NCBI GenBank assembly: GCA_963664705.1
Contig: OY761556.1
Location: 384,001-448,000 of the forward strand
Length of the DNA stretch: 64,000 nt
Direction: 5' to 3'
From: Acidobacteriota bacterium
GTDB lineage: Bacteria; Acidobacteriota; UBA6911
Position numbers and translations under genes: made by a program. Within the stretch, counting starts at the first letter, position 1; every line of letters begins with the position of its first letter. The notes under the pieces were generated by a model. The model ran no database searches and had not been told where the DNA came from. It saw nothing but the letters and a program-made list of their open reading frames with translations. This document shows, one piece after another, positions 40,313 to 51,200 of this stretch.

Positions 40313-40375
40313 TCCTTCTTCCCCATTTTTCAATATCGGGGCCTGCCTCCGATATTGAAAAATGGGGAAGAAGGA
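40313..40375. terminator. Perfect 27-bp inverted repeat downstream of the CoA-transferase
   Basis: TCCTTCTTCCCCATTTTTCAATATCGG, 9-nt loop, CCGATATTGAAAAATGGGGAAGAAGGA. Confidence 0.6.
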
Positions 40376-40446
40376 GTCGATCCCGGATTTTTGCTTGTTT
40401 TTGTTCCGCCCTGCGAAACAGAGTTCCCCTAGGTGCATTTTTCTTG

Positions 40447-40475
40447 TTGACAAAATCGAGAATTCGATTTAAAAA
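40447..40475 (+). promoter_or_regulatory. Putative sigma70 promoter with a palindromic operator in the spacer
   Basis: TTGACA-17 bp-TAAAAA; the spacer region is AAATCGA-gaat-TCGATTT. Confidence 0.45.
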
Positions 40476-40581
40476 GATCCTTTGCTAGTTACGCAAGGTC
40501 TGGATCTATCCCCGCACCAGGTTATAGATTCTTCCGACAGAGCCGGCACTATTTTTTTTCTATTAACTTTGGAGGTAACCC

Positions 40582-41250
40582 GTGACCGATCAGGAATTTT
40601 TAGATGTACTTACATCGAGAAAAAGCATCCGGCGATACAAACCGGATCCGGTACCAGACGAGATGATCGACAAGATCCTCGAGGCAGCCCGATGGGCACC
40701 GACAGGTGAAAATTACCAACCGTGGAGATTTATCGTAGTCCGCGATCAGGAAACCAGGAACAAGATTGGCGATCTCTCCAAGCAGGGAAGCGGATCGCGT
40801 ATGACCTCCTGGTACTGCCTCAGCGAATTGCAGCAGAGATTCGAAGGAATTGAAGACCCGGTCAAGAGAGCGGAAGTGCTTGAGTTCATGTATTCCGGAA
40901 GAGTGTCCGAATTCTGCAAGCAGGCGCCGGTGGTCATTGCTGTAATTGGTGACTTGAGAGTAGGAAGCGTTGACGTGCCTTATGATCTTTGCGCGGCGAT
41001 GGAAAACATGATCCTTCAGGCTCACCAGATGGGATTGGGCTCCTGCTGGGTATATGGTCCGGTCGCCAGCACGAGAGATGCCATCCGATTTAAGGATATC
41101 CTGGGCATCCCGCAGGGAATGGGCTATTACAAGGTGCTCTCTTATCTTGCAGTCGGGTATCCCAAGGAACAGCGCAAGCATCCGAGACCCAAACTGCCGC
41201 TTTCTGAAATGGTTTTCTGGGAAAAATTTGGAAACAAGGAGAGGATCTGA
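40582..41250 (+). CDS. Nitroreductase family flavoprotein
   Basis: SRKSIRRY, EAARWAPTGEN.QPWRFIVV, ENMILQA..MGLGSCW and VGYP. GGAGG RBS with GTG start. Confidence 0.92.
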   Translation: MTDQEFLDVLTSRKSIRRYKPDPVPDEMIDKILEAARWAPTGENYQPWRFIVVRDQETRNKIGDLSKQGSGSRMTSWYCLSELQQRFEGIEDPVKRAEVLEFMYSGRVSEFCKQAPVVIAVIGDLRVGSVDVPYDLCAAMENMILQAHQMGLGSCWVYGPVASTRDAIRFKDILGIPQGMGYYKVLSYLAVGYPKEQRKHPRPKLPLSEMVFWEKFGNKERI

Positions 41251-41801
41251 TGGATAGCATAAAGTATTGCAACGAATTGCTGGCAAGGGTTGAAGCTCTC
41301 ATGTATCAGGAGCTCTCCGGCATGGCCCACTGGAAGTGTGAATTTGTGGGTGCTGATTTTATCCGCGCTCAGAAAATTGAAGGAACGACGGTTGAGGAAG
41401 TAACGGAAAGCTGCATCAAAGCGATGAAGGCTGCCGGGCTCGTCTCCGACGTAACCTACAAAACCAGCCCTGACGGCATCATGCTCAAGCTGAAGATCAA
41501 GAACTGCATCCATCATGAAAAGGAAGTTCTTGTTGAAGCGGAAGGCGTCGATCCGTACATCTGCCCTATCGCCAACATGATTCTGGACCAGATTCACGAG
41601 AAGCTGAACTATACGACGAGCTACAAGTCCAAACAGGCTATCGATAAAGATAAGAAGCAGTGCTTGATCTACAATGCTCTTTACAAGACCGGCGAGCAGA
41701 TCGGTCAGATATCGGATTGGCTGAAGGACGATGAAGACAGGGAATGGCTGGAGAATCAGCCTTCGCAGATCCTTGCCGCAGCGGACAGAAAGAAGAAATA
41801 G
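41250..41801 (+). CDS. Hypothetical protein with Cys/His cluster (possible V4R-like ligand-binding fold)
   Basis: Start overlaps the nitroreductase stop codon; KIKNCIH...YICP...C pattern. Confidence 0.6.
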   Translation: MDSIKYCNELLARVEALMYQELSGMAHWKCEFVGADFIRAQKIEGTTVEEVTESCIKAMKAAGLVSDVTYKTSPDGIMLKLKIKNCIHHEKEVLVEAEGVDPYICPIANMILDQIHEKLNYTTSYKSKQAIDKDKKQCLIYNALYKTGEQIGQISDWLKDDEDREWLENQPSQILAAADRKKK

Positions 41802-42001
41802 CTGCATGATTGTCCGGGCTCTGAAGGCCCGAAATCCATCGGAAGCCGCGCGAGAACGCGGCTTCCATATGGACCCTCTGTATTTATCCTCCGTTCAAAC
41901 TCCAATTCGCAATTTTTTATATCTGCAAGAGAAGAGGCTGTCTTTGTAGAATAGCCATAGGCTTTGCCGCGTGCATTCGCGGCTTAATCAGTGAGGACGA
42001 T

Positions 42002-42352
42002 ATGCCAGGGTTGAGCGCAGCCATGAAGGGCAGGATTTTCGAAGCGCTGGATGCCACCAGTTTCAGGCAACGGGGCTTCCATGTGGATTATGATGAAAAG
42101 AATGACGTGCTTGTGACGATCACCCGCTTCACGTATCGGTTCACGCTAAATTCGACGGATGCCGGATTTGTTACTGGCGAGTATCCCGGCATCGCTTCGG
42201 AAAAAGCCGAGATAATGCAAAGAAGCGATTTTGAATCGTGCCTTCGTGCCATCCGTGAATGGGCGACAAGAATCCTGGACAGGGAGGAGTCCGCCATTCT
42301 TGATGAATTTGGAGGTGTGGCTGATCGCGATCCCTCGCTTCCCCTGAAGTGA
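42002..42352 (+). CDS. Hypothetical protein
   Basis: GAGGA RBS; the ORF fills the gap between neighbours; no recognisable motif. Confidence 0.6.
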   Translation: MPGLSAAMKGRIFEALDATSFRQRGFHVDYDEKNDVLVTITRFTYRFTLNSTDAGFVTGEYPGIASEKAEIMQRSDFESCLRAIREWATRILDREESAILDEFGGVADRDPSLPLK

Positions 42353-42376
42353 AGGCAGACCACGCTCCGGGCGGCA

Positions 42377-43354
42377 TTACCAGGCAGCCGCATCCATTGC
42401 CAGCTTTATCACCCCGTCTTCGTGCGTTTCGTACATTTCAAACGCTCTCTGCGCTTCGCGGATGGGCAGTCTGTGGGTGCAAAAGCTCGTCAGCTCCCGT
42501 TGATTTGCCATGAAGAGATCCTGGGCCTTCATCAGATACTCTTTCCATGCCGGCGTGACGGTCCCAATCAGGACCGCATTTTTCCGAAAGAAAGTTTCAT
42601 ATTCCAGCGCATAGACATTGTGGTCCGGGACTCCAAAGGCGAGAACGGTTCCACGCTTTTGCACCAGTTCCAGTGCATCGTTCAGGGTGTCCATCTGGTG
42701 TCCAACCGCTTCAATCACTATGTCCACAGGCTTCCAGTTGCTGCCAGCCGCCCGCATCCCGTGAACGACCTCAATCGCACTGCCGACTATGGTTTCGCCG
42801 GCTCCGAGTTCCTCCGCTTTTTTGCAGCGGTTCTCAAACGGATCGATGCCAATGATTCGGCCCGCGCCTCTTTTGTGCGCAAGCCAGCAGAACATCAGTC
42901 CTATGGACCCCAGACCCAGTACGGCAATTGATTTCCCCTCGATCTCACCTAGACGGTCCATTGCGTTTATGACCGTGGAGAGAGGCTGGATGATGCAGGC
43001 GGCTCCCGGGTCCATGATCTTTGGATTTAGGAGAATAGTCCGAGCGGTCTGAGCCAGGAAATACTCGGCAAGCCCCTGGTTGCCGTCCGGAATCGAAAGC
43101 ACCCGGTCTCCCGGTTTGAATTGCGAAGACGCGCTTGCCACGATCTCTCCGATGCATTCGTGTACCGGTGCGCCCGGGGGCATCGGATATGTCTGATGTC
43201 GCTTTTTCCCGGTAAAGAAAGGGATATCGCTTCCGCAAAGCGAAACCCAGGCCGTTCGGACAAGGAGGTGTTCGCTGCTGCCTTGCGGCAAGGAGGGCAC
43301 TGGCATTTCCACTGGTTCAAGAAAGCGCGGCTTTACGGCGTGGAGCAGTTTCAT
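42377..43354 (-). CDS. Zn-dependent medium-chain dehydrogenase (threonine/sorbitol-DH-like)
   Basis: LCGSD, VHECIG, VLGLGSIG and IEAVG. Structural-zinc lobe absent. Start at MKLLHA. Confidence 0.88.
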   Translation of the reverse strand: MKLLHAVKPRFLEPVEMPVPSLPQGSSEHLLVRTAWVSLCGSDIPFFTGKKRHQTYPMPPGAPVHECIGEIVASASSQFKPGDRVLSIPDGNQGLAEYFLAQTARTILLNPKIMDPGAACIIQPLSTVINAMDRLGEIEGKSIAVLGLGSIGLMFCWLAHKRGAGRIIGIDPFENRCKKAEELGAGETIVGSAIEVVHGMRAAGSNWKPVDIVIEAVGHQMDTLNDALELVQKRGTVLAFGVPDHNVYALEYETFFRKNAVLIGTVTPAWKEYLMKAQDLFMANQRELTSFCTHRLPIREAQRAFEMYETHEDGVIKLAMDAAAW

Positions 43355-43595
43355 TGCATTCCCTTTCTGGCAATCGGCGAAATTTCCGGCGGAAAAGCAG
43401 CCGGTAATTCCATGAATCAGCCAAGGATGATAGTTCGCGCGATGTGAGGCGTCAATCATCCAGATCCTCTGTTTCCGGGTTCACAATCCAGGCAATCACC
43501 GGCACAATCCGTCCCAGGTCAAAGGGGGCACCAATTCCCTGCGATTGCTCGCCACTTATGTGTAGATATGCCAACAATATGCAAAGTCATATTCC

Positions 43596-43624
43596 TTGAC
43601 TGCGCCTGGAAAGAAAATTAGGAT
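43596..43624 (+). promoter_or_regulatory. Putative sigma70 promoter of TBDT 43900
   Basis: TTGACT-17 bp-TAGGAT; identical boxes and spacing at 47914-47942. Confidence 0.65.
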
Positions 43625-43766
43625 TGGCTCATATTGGGTTGATTCCTCACATTACGGTGCTGGTTTTCTCCGAACGATGATGAAGGGCTTTTGCTCTTGT
43701 TCGATGTGAGATTCCCGCGCATCACCAACTGATTCTATCTGGCCTTATACGACATAGCATTGCGAT

Positions 43767-43793
43767 CCTGTTCGATCACCCTGGCTCGAACAG
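43767..43793 (+). promoter_or_regulatory. Conserved leader hairpin, copy 1 (candidate cis-regulatory element)
   Basis: CCTGTTCGA-TCACCCTGGC-TCGAACAG. Confidence 0.55.
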
Positions 43794-43899
43794 TCATTGT
43801 GCTGGCCAGGGACCGCTGTCGGTATTGGCCTATCCACCATGGTTCCGGCATCGGCCCTCATTCTCAATTTCTTTCTCAACCTGAGGGAGGACATGTTTC

Positions 43900-46800
43900 A
43901 TGCGATCAATCATTAAAGCATTCGGCTGTGTGCTCATCCTTTCAGCGATGGCCCTTGCGCAGGGCGATCGCGGCACGATTACGGGAGCAGTGACCGATCC
44001 GGCAGGCGCCGTGATTGGTGGCGCGGCAGTCAAAGCAAAAAACGCGGCAACCGGCGCCGAGTATTCAACAATAACTACCAACACCGGCAACTACACTCTC
44101 GCCCAGTTGCTGCCCGGCCCTTATGAACTATCGGTTTCCATGTCCGGCTTCAAAACGCTTGCCCGGACAGGTCTCACCGTGGTTTCCGCGCAAATAATGC
44201 GCATCGACGCTGCCTTGGAAATAGGCGCAATCTCCGAAACCGTTTCCGTGGATGCCGCCGCTGCCCTGCTGAAGACGGAGAGCGGCGAACTGAGCCATAC
44301 CATCCAGGGGGAGTTGCTGAACAACCTACCCGTTTTTTCCATTGGCAGCTATGCAGGAACGACAGGCATCCGGAACCCATACGCTGTGATCCAGATGCTT
44401 CCGGGCGCCGATTTTACCCCCGATAACAACGTTAAGGTCAATGGCGCGCCGAGCAACACCCAGGGGTTGCGTGTCGAGGGCATGGATGCCACCAACAACA
44501 TGTGGCAGCAGATGTCCCAATATACGCAGACCGGCGTCGAAGCCGTCCAGGAATTCGGCATACAAACAAGCAACTACGCGGCCGAATACGGGCAGGCGGG
44601 AACGGCTGTGTTTAATTTGACGATGAAGTCCGGCACGAACCAGCTTCATGGATCCGCTTATGACTACTTCGTGAACGAAGCCCTGAATGCCGGAACGCCG
44701 TTTACGTCTGACGGGACGGGGGGAAAACTTCGTCCCCGCAATCGAAGAAACGACTTCGGCTTCACAGTCGGCGGGCCCGTGTATCTGCCCAAAATGTTCA
44801 ACGGTCGCGACAGGGCGTTCTTCTTTTTCAGTTTTGAACAGTATCGCCAGGCTACCACCACGAACAGCTTTGTGACAGTTCCCACTCTTGCCATGCGGAA
44901 AGGAGATTTCAGTGCGATCCAGGGTGCCGCTCCCCTGAAAAACTCCAGCGGCAATGTAATCACTGATGTGCTCGGCCGCCCGGTCTACCAGAATACGATC
45001 TATGACCCGAGCACAGAACGAGTTGTCAATGGAGTCCGGGTATGGGATCCCTTCCTCGGCAACAAGATCCCGCAGGAAAGATGGGATCCGGCTGCATTGG
45101 CCGTACAGAGCTACATGTATGAGCCGGGTTATGGTGGCGCGGATGCCTCGAAACTGACCAACAATGCGATGCTGACCGTTCCCGCATCCGTTGTGACCTG
45201 GATCCCATCAGTCAAAGTGGATTATTCGATTAGTCCAAGAGCCAAGGTATCCGGGTTTTGGTCAAGGAATAGCTATGCACCAGGTGGTTCTGCCGGCTTG
45301 CCCGCGCAGATCACTTCCTTCATGCCGACTCCATCCGTGAATCACACAGTCCGGCTCAACTTCGATTACACTGTCAAGCCCACCATGCTGCTGCATCTTG
45401 GTGCGGGACTTATGCAGACTGTCCTGACTTACAATGCCGGAGGACATACTCCCCAAAAGGATCTTAAAATACCTGGAGGAACAGACGCCAATCCGTATCT
45501 TACAACCATGATCAATACTACGTATGGTGGCTATTCTCCGGCGACAGGCCCGGCCATGGATGTGCGGTTTGTCGATCTGAAGCCGACGGCAAATCCCAGC
45601 TTGACCTGGATCAAGGGGAATCACAGTTACAAATTTGGCGGAGAACTGGTCGTGGAATCCCATCCGGACTATAGCAGGAGCTACGCCAATAACTATTACT
45701 ACTTCTCTCCAAACCAGACCGCGGATCCTTCCCTGAGCTTGAGCGGCACAACCCTCCCCTCCGGGACAGCCATCGGGTTCGCCTATGCCAGCTTTCTCAT
45801 GGGGAATTACAACCAGGTAACCAGCAACACGACCGCAAAAGGGCACCTGGGAAACCACGCCTTCGCTTTTTACGCGCAGGACTCGTGGAAGATCACGTCC
45901 AAAGTTACCTTGGATTACGGCTTGCGCTACGATTTCCAAACCTACCTGAAGGAGCAGTATGGCCGAATGGGCAGTCTGGTGCCCTCGGCGATGAACCCCA
46001 AAGTTGGTCTGCCGGGCGCAATTCAGTATGAAGGCAATGGGCAGGGACACTGCAACTGTGCATTTGGGAAAAACTATCCGTATGCCTTTGGCCCTCGGCT
46101 CGGGCTTGCGTGGCAGATGCTTCCCAAGACCGTATTACGTGCCGGCATCGGCATCTCCTACGGAAAGACAACAGAACTCGGCTACCTGAGCAATCAGTTG
46201 TCAGGTATGGTGAGTTATCAGAACCCGGGGCAGGGCCTGCCGGCCGGGCAATTATCGACAGGCGTACCTCCCGGCGTTACGCCGACGTGGCCTACAACGG
46301 ACACAAGCGCCTATCCGCATCTTCCCTCTCTCGACCCTCCGGCGATGTTTTACGATTACAACATGGGCCGGCCGTCCAGGACTGTCCAGTGGAGCTTCGG
46401 GATCCAGCGGGAAATCACCAAGGATTTGCTTCTGGAAGTCTCCTATGTTGGCAACCGCGGCGCATGGTGGTATGCCGGAGCATTGAGGGATTGGAACGCC
46501 TTAACCCCGGAGGATCTGAAAAGCAAATGGGGGCTTGACGTCGGAGTCAAGGCCGACCGGGACTTGCTGGTGAATACTTTAGGTGCTGCCCAGGCCAAGT
46601 ATCCCGGGCGGTTTACCACGCCCTTTGCCGGCTTTCCTGCGGCAACCGCAACGCTCGCTCAGGCGCTTGCTCCATTCCCTCAATTCTCAAGCATGAACCT
46701 GATCTTCGCGCCGTTGGGGCGTACCTGGTACGATGCTCTGCAGGCCAACCTCAACAAGAGGTTCGCGCATAATTTCTCTTTCCAATATAGTTTCACCTGG

Positions 46801-47574
46801 CAGAAGGAGCTCTATTCTGGAGCCGAAAACTCCTATTGGTTCGGCGGTCCCAGGAATGCTCTGATCAATGACGTGGCCAACCGGTCGGTCAACAAATACA
46901 TGTCAGGCTTGTCACGTCCACTAATGCATAACATAGCTCTGAGTTACACGACACCCAGGGTTTTCGCCCAATACAAGATGTTATCCCTGTTCTTGCGAGA
47001 CTGGCAGATCAACATCCAGGCTCGTTACAGGAGCGGGTATCTGCTTCAAGTGCCAGTTGCGTCCAGCAACCTGCCTAACGCTCTCCACCGCTCGGCTACC
47101 GGCGGGGCAGTCGCTGGAACCCCAACTACCTTTGCAAACAGAGTGCCGGGACAACCGGTGTTCATGGACCAGAGCGGCAACGCAATCGACATCAACAGCC
47201 GCAATTGGGACCCGAGCCAGGCCTTCGTACTTAATCCGAAAGCGTGGACGGAACCGGATGAGGGGAAGTTCGGCACCTCTGCGGCCTACTATAGTGACTA
47301 CAGGTCATTTCGCCATCCCCAGGAAAATGTGGGGTTGGCTCGTAACTTCCGGTTCGGCCGTGATGGTCGGATGAACCTGAATCTTCGGGCCGAATTCACC
47401 AATATCTTCAACCGGCTTTACCTGCCAGACCCAACAGCAACAAATGCCGGGGCAACACAAACCAAATCCTCTACCGGTCAACCGACTGGCGGATTCGGAT
47501 ATATCAACCTTCAGAGTTCTCAAATCGCGTCGAATGTCCGGATGGGCCAGATTGTCGCCCGCCTCAGTTTCTAA
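43900..47574 (+). CDS. TonB-dependent transporter, acidobacterial type
   Basis: Signal peptide, AQGDRGTITGAVTDPAGA, TSNYAAEYG, FYAQDSWKIT.K.TLDYGLRYD and C-terminal ARLSF. Confidence 0.93.
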   Translation: MRSIIKAFGCVLILSAMALAQGDRGTITGAVTDPAGAVIGGAAVKAKNAATGAEYSTITTNTGNYTLAQLLPGPYELSVSMSGFKTLARTGLTVVSAQIMRIDAALEIGAISETVSVDAAAALLKTESGELSHTIQGELLNNLPVFSIGSYAGTTGIRNPYAVIQMLPGADFTPDNNVKVNGAPSNTQGLRVEGMDATNNMWQQMSQYTQTGVEAVQEFGIQTSNYAAEYGQAGTAVFNLTMKSGTNQLHGSAYDYFVNEALNAGTPFTSDGTGGKLRPRNRRNDFGFTVGGPVYLPKMFNGRDRAFFFFSFEQYRQATTTNSFVTVPTLAMRKGDFSAIQGAAPLKNSSGNVITDVLGRPVYQNTIYDPSTERVVNGVRVWDPFLGNKIPQERWDPAALAVQSYMYEPGYGGADASKLTNNAMLTVPASVVTWIPSVKVDYSISPRAKVSGFWSRNSYAPGGSAGLPAQITSFMPTPSVNHTVRLNFDYTVKPTMLLHLGAGLMQTVLTYNAGGHTPQKDLKIPGGTDANPYLTTMINTTYGGYSPATGPAMDVRFVDLKPTANPSLTWIKGNHSYKFGGELVVESHPDYSRSYANNYYYFSPNQTADPSLSLSGTTLPSGTAIGFAYASFLMGNYNQVTSNTTAKGHLGNHAFAFYAQDSWKITSKVTLDYGLRYDFQTYLKEQYGRMGSLVPSAMNPKVGLPGAIQYEGNGQGHCNCAFGKNYPYAFGPRLGLAWQMLPKTVLRAGIGISYGKTTELGYLSNQLSGMVSYQNPGQGLPAGQLSTGVPPGVTPTWPTTDTSAYPHLPSLDPPAMFYDYNMGRPSRTVQWSFGIQREITKDLLLEVSYVGNRGAWWYAGALRDWNALTPEDLKSKWGLDVGVKADRDLLVNTLGAAQAKYPGRFTTPFAGFPAATATLAQALAPFPQFSSMNLIFAPLGRTWYDALQANLNKRFAHNFSFQYSFTWQKELYSGAENSYWFGGPRNALINDVANRSVNKYMSGLSRPLMHNIALSYTTPRVFAQYKMLSLFLRDWQINIQARYRSGYLLQVPVASSNLPNALHRSATGGAVAGTPTTFANRVPGQPVFMDQSGNAIDINSRNWDPSQAFVLNPKAWTEPDEGKFGTSAAYYSDYRSFRHPQENVGLARNFRFGRDGRMNLNLRAEFTNIFNRLYLPDPTATNAGATQTKSSTGQPTGGFGYINLQSSQIASNVRMGQIVARLSF

Positions 47575-47589
47575 TCTCTCCCTGGATTG

Positions 47590-47624
47590 TGCTGGGGGCC
47601 GGCCTAAGCTGGCCCCCAGCATTT
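47590..47624 (+). terminator. Rho-independent terminator-like hairpin
   Basis: TGCTGGGGGCCGGC / GCTGGCCCCCAGCA followed by TTT. Confidence 0.6.
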
Positions 47625-47625
47625 C

Positions 47626-47691
47626 AAAACGCCGCGATTGCACGAATTCCCCAAGAATGCTTTGGGCAATCCGTGTCATTCGCGACGTTTT
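47626..47691. repeat. CACGAATT-type nonamer-periodic hairpin
   Basis: AAAACGCCGCGATTGCACGAATT ... AATCCGTGTCATTCGCGACGTTTT; homologous to 51874-51936. Confidence 0.6.
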
Positions 47692-47913
47692 TGAAAGCTG
47701 CTGCCGCAGTGAGCAACCTGCGATAAGAACAGATTGTGGCCCGCTTCAATTTCTGGCAAATCTCCTGTTTTTCGTGGGAGCTGGTCAGGCCGGCTCTCAT
47801 CCCCCCTCTTACCCGCCATCAATCGCCAATATCCTATTTCGAATCAATCTAATTTTCTTTGCAACTCTTGTATTTTCCTTAGGTTTCCAGAATATTAGTT
47901 TGAATTAATCTGC

Positions 47914-47942
47914 TTGACTGTTATTGCAATCGCAAATAGGAT
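47914..47942 (+). promoter_or_regulatory. Putative sigma70 promoter of TBDT 48202
   Basis: TTGACT-17 bp-TAGGAT. Confidence 0.65.
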
Positions 47943-48063
47943 GGTGCCACAAATGGGAGTGTTCTACGCAAAGGGATAATATTCTACGCATCCCGAAATC
48001 CCCGGGCGATTCTCCCAGCGCTTTACAGATTTATCTGATTTCGCTTTAACAATCTGTTGCTTG

Positions 48064-48091
48064 CCCTGTTCGACTCCCTGGCTCGAATGGG
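48064..48091 (+). promoter_or_regulatory. Conserved leader hairpin, copy 2
   Basis: CCCTGTTCGA-CTCCCTGGC-TCGAATGGG. Confidence 0.55.
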
Positions 48092-48201
48092 TGTATTTGC
48101 TTGAGATAGCGGATGACCGGCCGTAGTGCAATTGGATTTGCGGCTGGTAAGAAGCTTTTGTTTCGTGCGTCTCGGTTTGTCAACCCTAGGAGGTATTACT
48201 G

Positions 48202-51200
48202 ATGCGTTTATTGCTGAAGGCATGCTGTTGCGTGCTCCTTCTGGCAGGAATTGCCCTTGCCCAGTCGGACCGCGGCACCATCACCGGCACCGTCACTGAT
48301 CCTGCAGGCGCTGTAGCTCCGAATGCTTCGATCAAGGCGAAAAACATAGGGAACGGTGCTGAATATCAGACATTGAGTACCAATACCGGCAATTACACAC
48401 TTGCCCAATTGCCATCTGGAAGCTATGAACTCACGGTTGCAATGACTGGATTTAAGACATTTGTCCGTCAGGGAATCACAGTCGCCGCAGCCCAAACCCT
48501 CCGCGTTAATGTCAGCCTCGAGGTGGGAGCCATTTCGGAGACCGTCACGGTCAGTGAAGATGCTCCTCTGCTCAAGACTGAAAGCGGGGAATTAAGCCAC
48601 AACGTCCGTTCGGATACGCTGGATTCGCTCCCGGTTTTGTCTATCGGCGGAAGCGCAGGCAGTACCGGTATTCGAAATCCATATGCCGTTATGCAGGTTC
48701 TGCCGGGCGCCGACTGGCGGCCGGATGCCAGCGTCAGAGTCAACGGTGCTCCCGGCAACTCGCAGGCTTTGCGCGTTGAGGGTATGGACGCGACCAATAA
48801 CATGTGGCAGCAACAAGGCCAATATACCCAGCAGGGTGTAGATGCTATTCAAGAGTTTGCTGTCGCCACCAGCAATTATGCGGCTGAATTCGGGCAGGCA
48901 GGATCTGCCGTATTCAACCTGACCATGAAGTCCGGTACGAATGCGCTGCATGGGAGTGTTTACGAATACTTTGTTAATGAGGCCCTCAACGCTTCGACGC
49001 CGTATTCGGAAGATAGTGCTGGAAACAAGAACCGGCCACGTTCCCGCCGGAACGATTTCGGATTCACCCTCGGTGGACCGATCTACGTGCCGAAAGTGTA
49101 TGATGGCCGTGACAAATCCTTCTTCTTTTTCAGCTTTGAGGAATATCGCCAGGCCACAACCACAAAGACCGCTGCGACGGTTCCAACGCTCAAGATGCGC
49201 ACCGGTGATTTCAGCGAAATCCTAGGAACAACCGCGATCGGCACGGATATTCTGGGCCGACCTATTTATGAGAACCAGCTATATGACTGGCGCACTGAAC
49301 GCCTGGTGAACGGCACGCGTATCTGGGATCCGTTCAAGAACAATCAAATTGATTCCTCTTTGTTTGATTCATCGGCAGTGCTGATTCAGGCGATGTTTCC
49401 CAAGCCGGAGACGTCCGGGCTGACTCAGAACTGGAATCAACAGACCGCAAACTCAACCCTGACCTTTATTCCTTCGGTCAAGATTGATTATTCGCTCAAC
49501 AACAAGGCCAAGTTGTCCGGATACTGGTCGAGGAATTCCTTCAATACGACCGCGGATGATGGCCTCCCAATCGCCATCACGGCTGGTGTACCCAATACCT
49601 TCCTGTCGCACACGCTGCGCGTCAATCTGGATTACACCATCACCCCGACCATGTTGTTACATGTCGGCACAGGGCTCATGGTCAACCGGATGAGACAGTT
49701 GGCTCCGCAAGGAGTGGATACAAAAGCCACCTTCGGAATCAACACGCAGGCAAAGGGTTTCCCATATATCGCTGGACCTGTCAGCACCAGCTTTGGTGGG
49801 TTCTCCCCGACGATGGGTTCGGTCATGAACTCCCAGCTTGATAATCTCAAGCCGACTGCGAATCCGAGTTTGACCTGGATTCGTGGGAACCACACCTATA
49901 AGTTTGGCGGAGAGTTGATCGTCGAATCGCATCCGAGCTACAGCGAAACATTCGCCAACAACTGGTTTACCTTTGCAACGGCTCAGACCGGCGATCCTTC
50001 GCTGGCCTATACCAACCTCGGTGGGAAAACGACCGGTTTTGCATACGCCAGCTTTCTTACCGGCCGCGTAGGCAGCGGGTATACAAATGCACCGAGCAGA
50101 GGACATCTGGGATCCCACTCCATTGCTTTTTATGCACAGGACTCCTGGAAGATCACGCCCAAGATCACCCTGGATTACGGGCTGCGTTATGATTACCAGA
50201 CCTATCTTAAGGAACAATACGGACGGTGGGCCAACTTCTCCCCAACCGCTTTGAATCCGAACATTATCAATCCCGTGACCAATCAGCCCATGCCGGGCGC
50301 CACTATTTTTGAGGGCAGCGGAGCGGGTCACTGCAACTGCAGTTTTGCAGATACCTACAAGTTTGCCTTTGGACCGCGCCTTGGTTTGGCTTGGCAGGTG
50401 ATGCCAAAGACCGTCATTCGCGCCGGTATCGGTATTTCCTACGGCCGAACCCCTGAACTTGGCTACCTGAACAACACGCTGTCAAGTTTTGTGACCTATG
50501 GCGCCACTGCTCCTGGTTTGGCTGCCGCCCAGCTGCATGACGGCCCTCCTGCGGCCTATACGGTTGTGTGGCCTGACATTCGCGCGGATGCATTCCCCAA
50601 ATTGCCCAGCCTTGGCCCACCGGCAATGGCGGTCGATCGCAACGCGGGCCGTCCTCCTCGGACCGTTCAGTGGAGCTTCGGTATTCAACGTGAAATTACC
50701 AAGGACCTGATGGTTGACCTTTCATATGTAGGCAACCGCGGTGCCTGGTGGCAGGCCAATCCGTTGGTTGATATCAACGGCGTAACCCCCGAATACCTGA
50801 AGACCAAGTGGGGATTGGATGTCAACAGTGCGGCAGATAGGACCCTGCTGACAACATCCTACGCGAACCTCTCGGCTGCGGACAAAATTCGATTCCCGTT
50901 GCCGTTTACCAAATTCCCTACAAGCTACAATCTGATCCAGGCGCTTCGGCCTTTCCCGCAGTTCAGCACCATCTCGATGATGTGGGCTCCGCTGGGACGC
51001 ACCTGGTACGATTCGGCTCAGCTCAAAGTAACGAAGAGGTTTTCGCATAACTTTGATTTGAGCTATAGCTTCACCTTCCAGAAAGAAATGACGATGGGTT
51101 CGGAACTCTCGTATCAGCTCTTCGGCACCATCAACCCGATGGTCGGCGATGTTGCAAATCGGGCATCCAATAAATACATCTCCGGTTTGTCGAGACCGTT

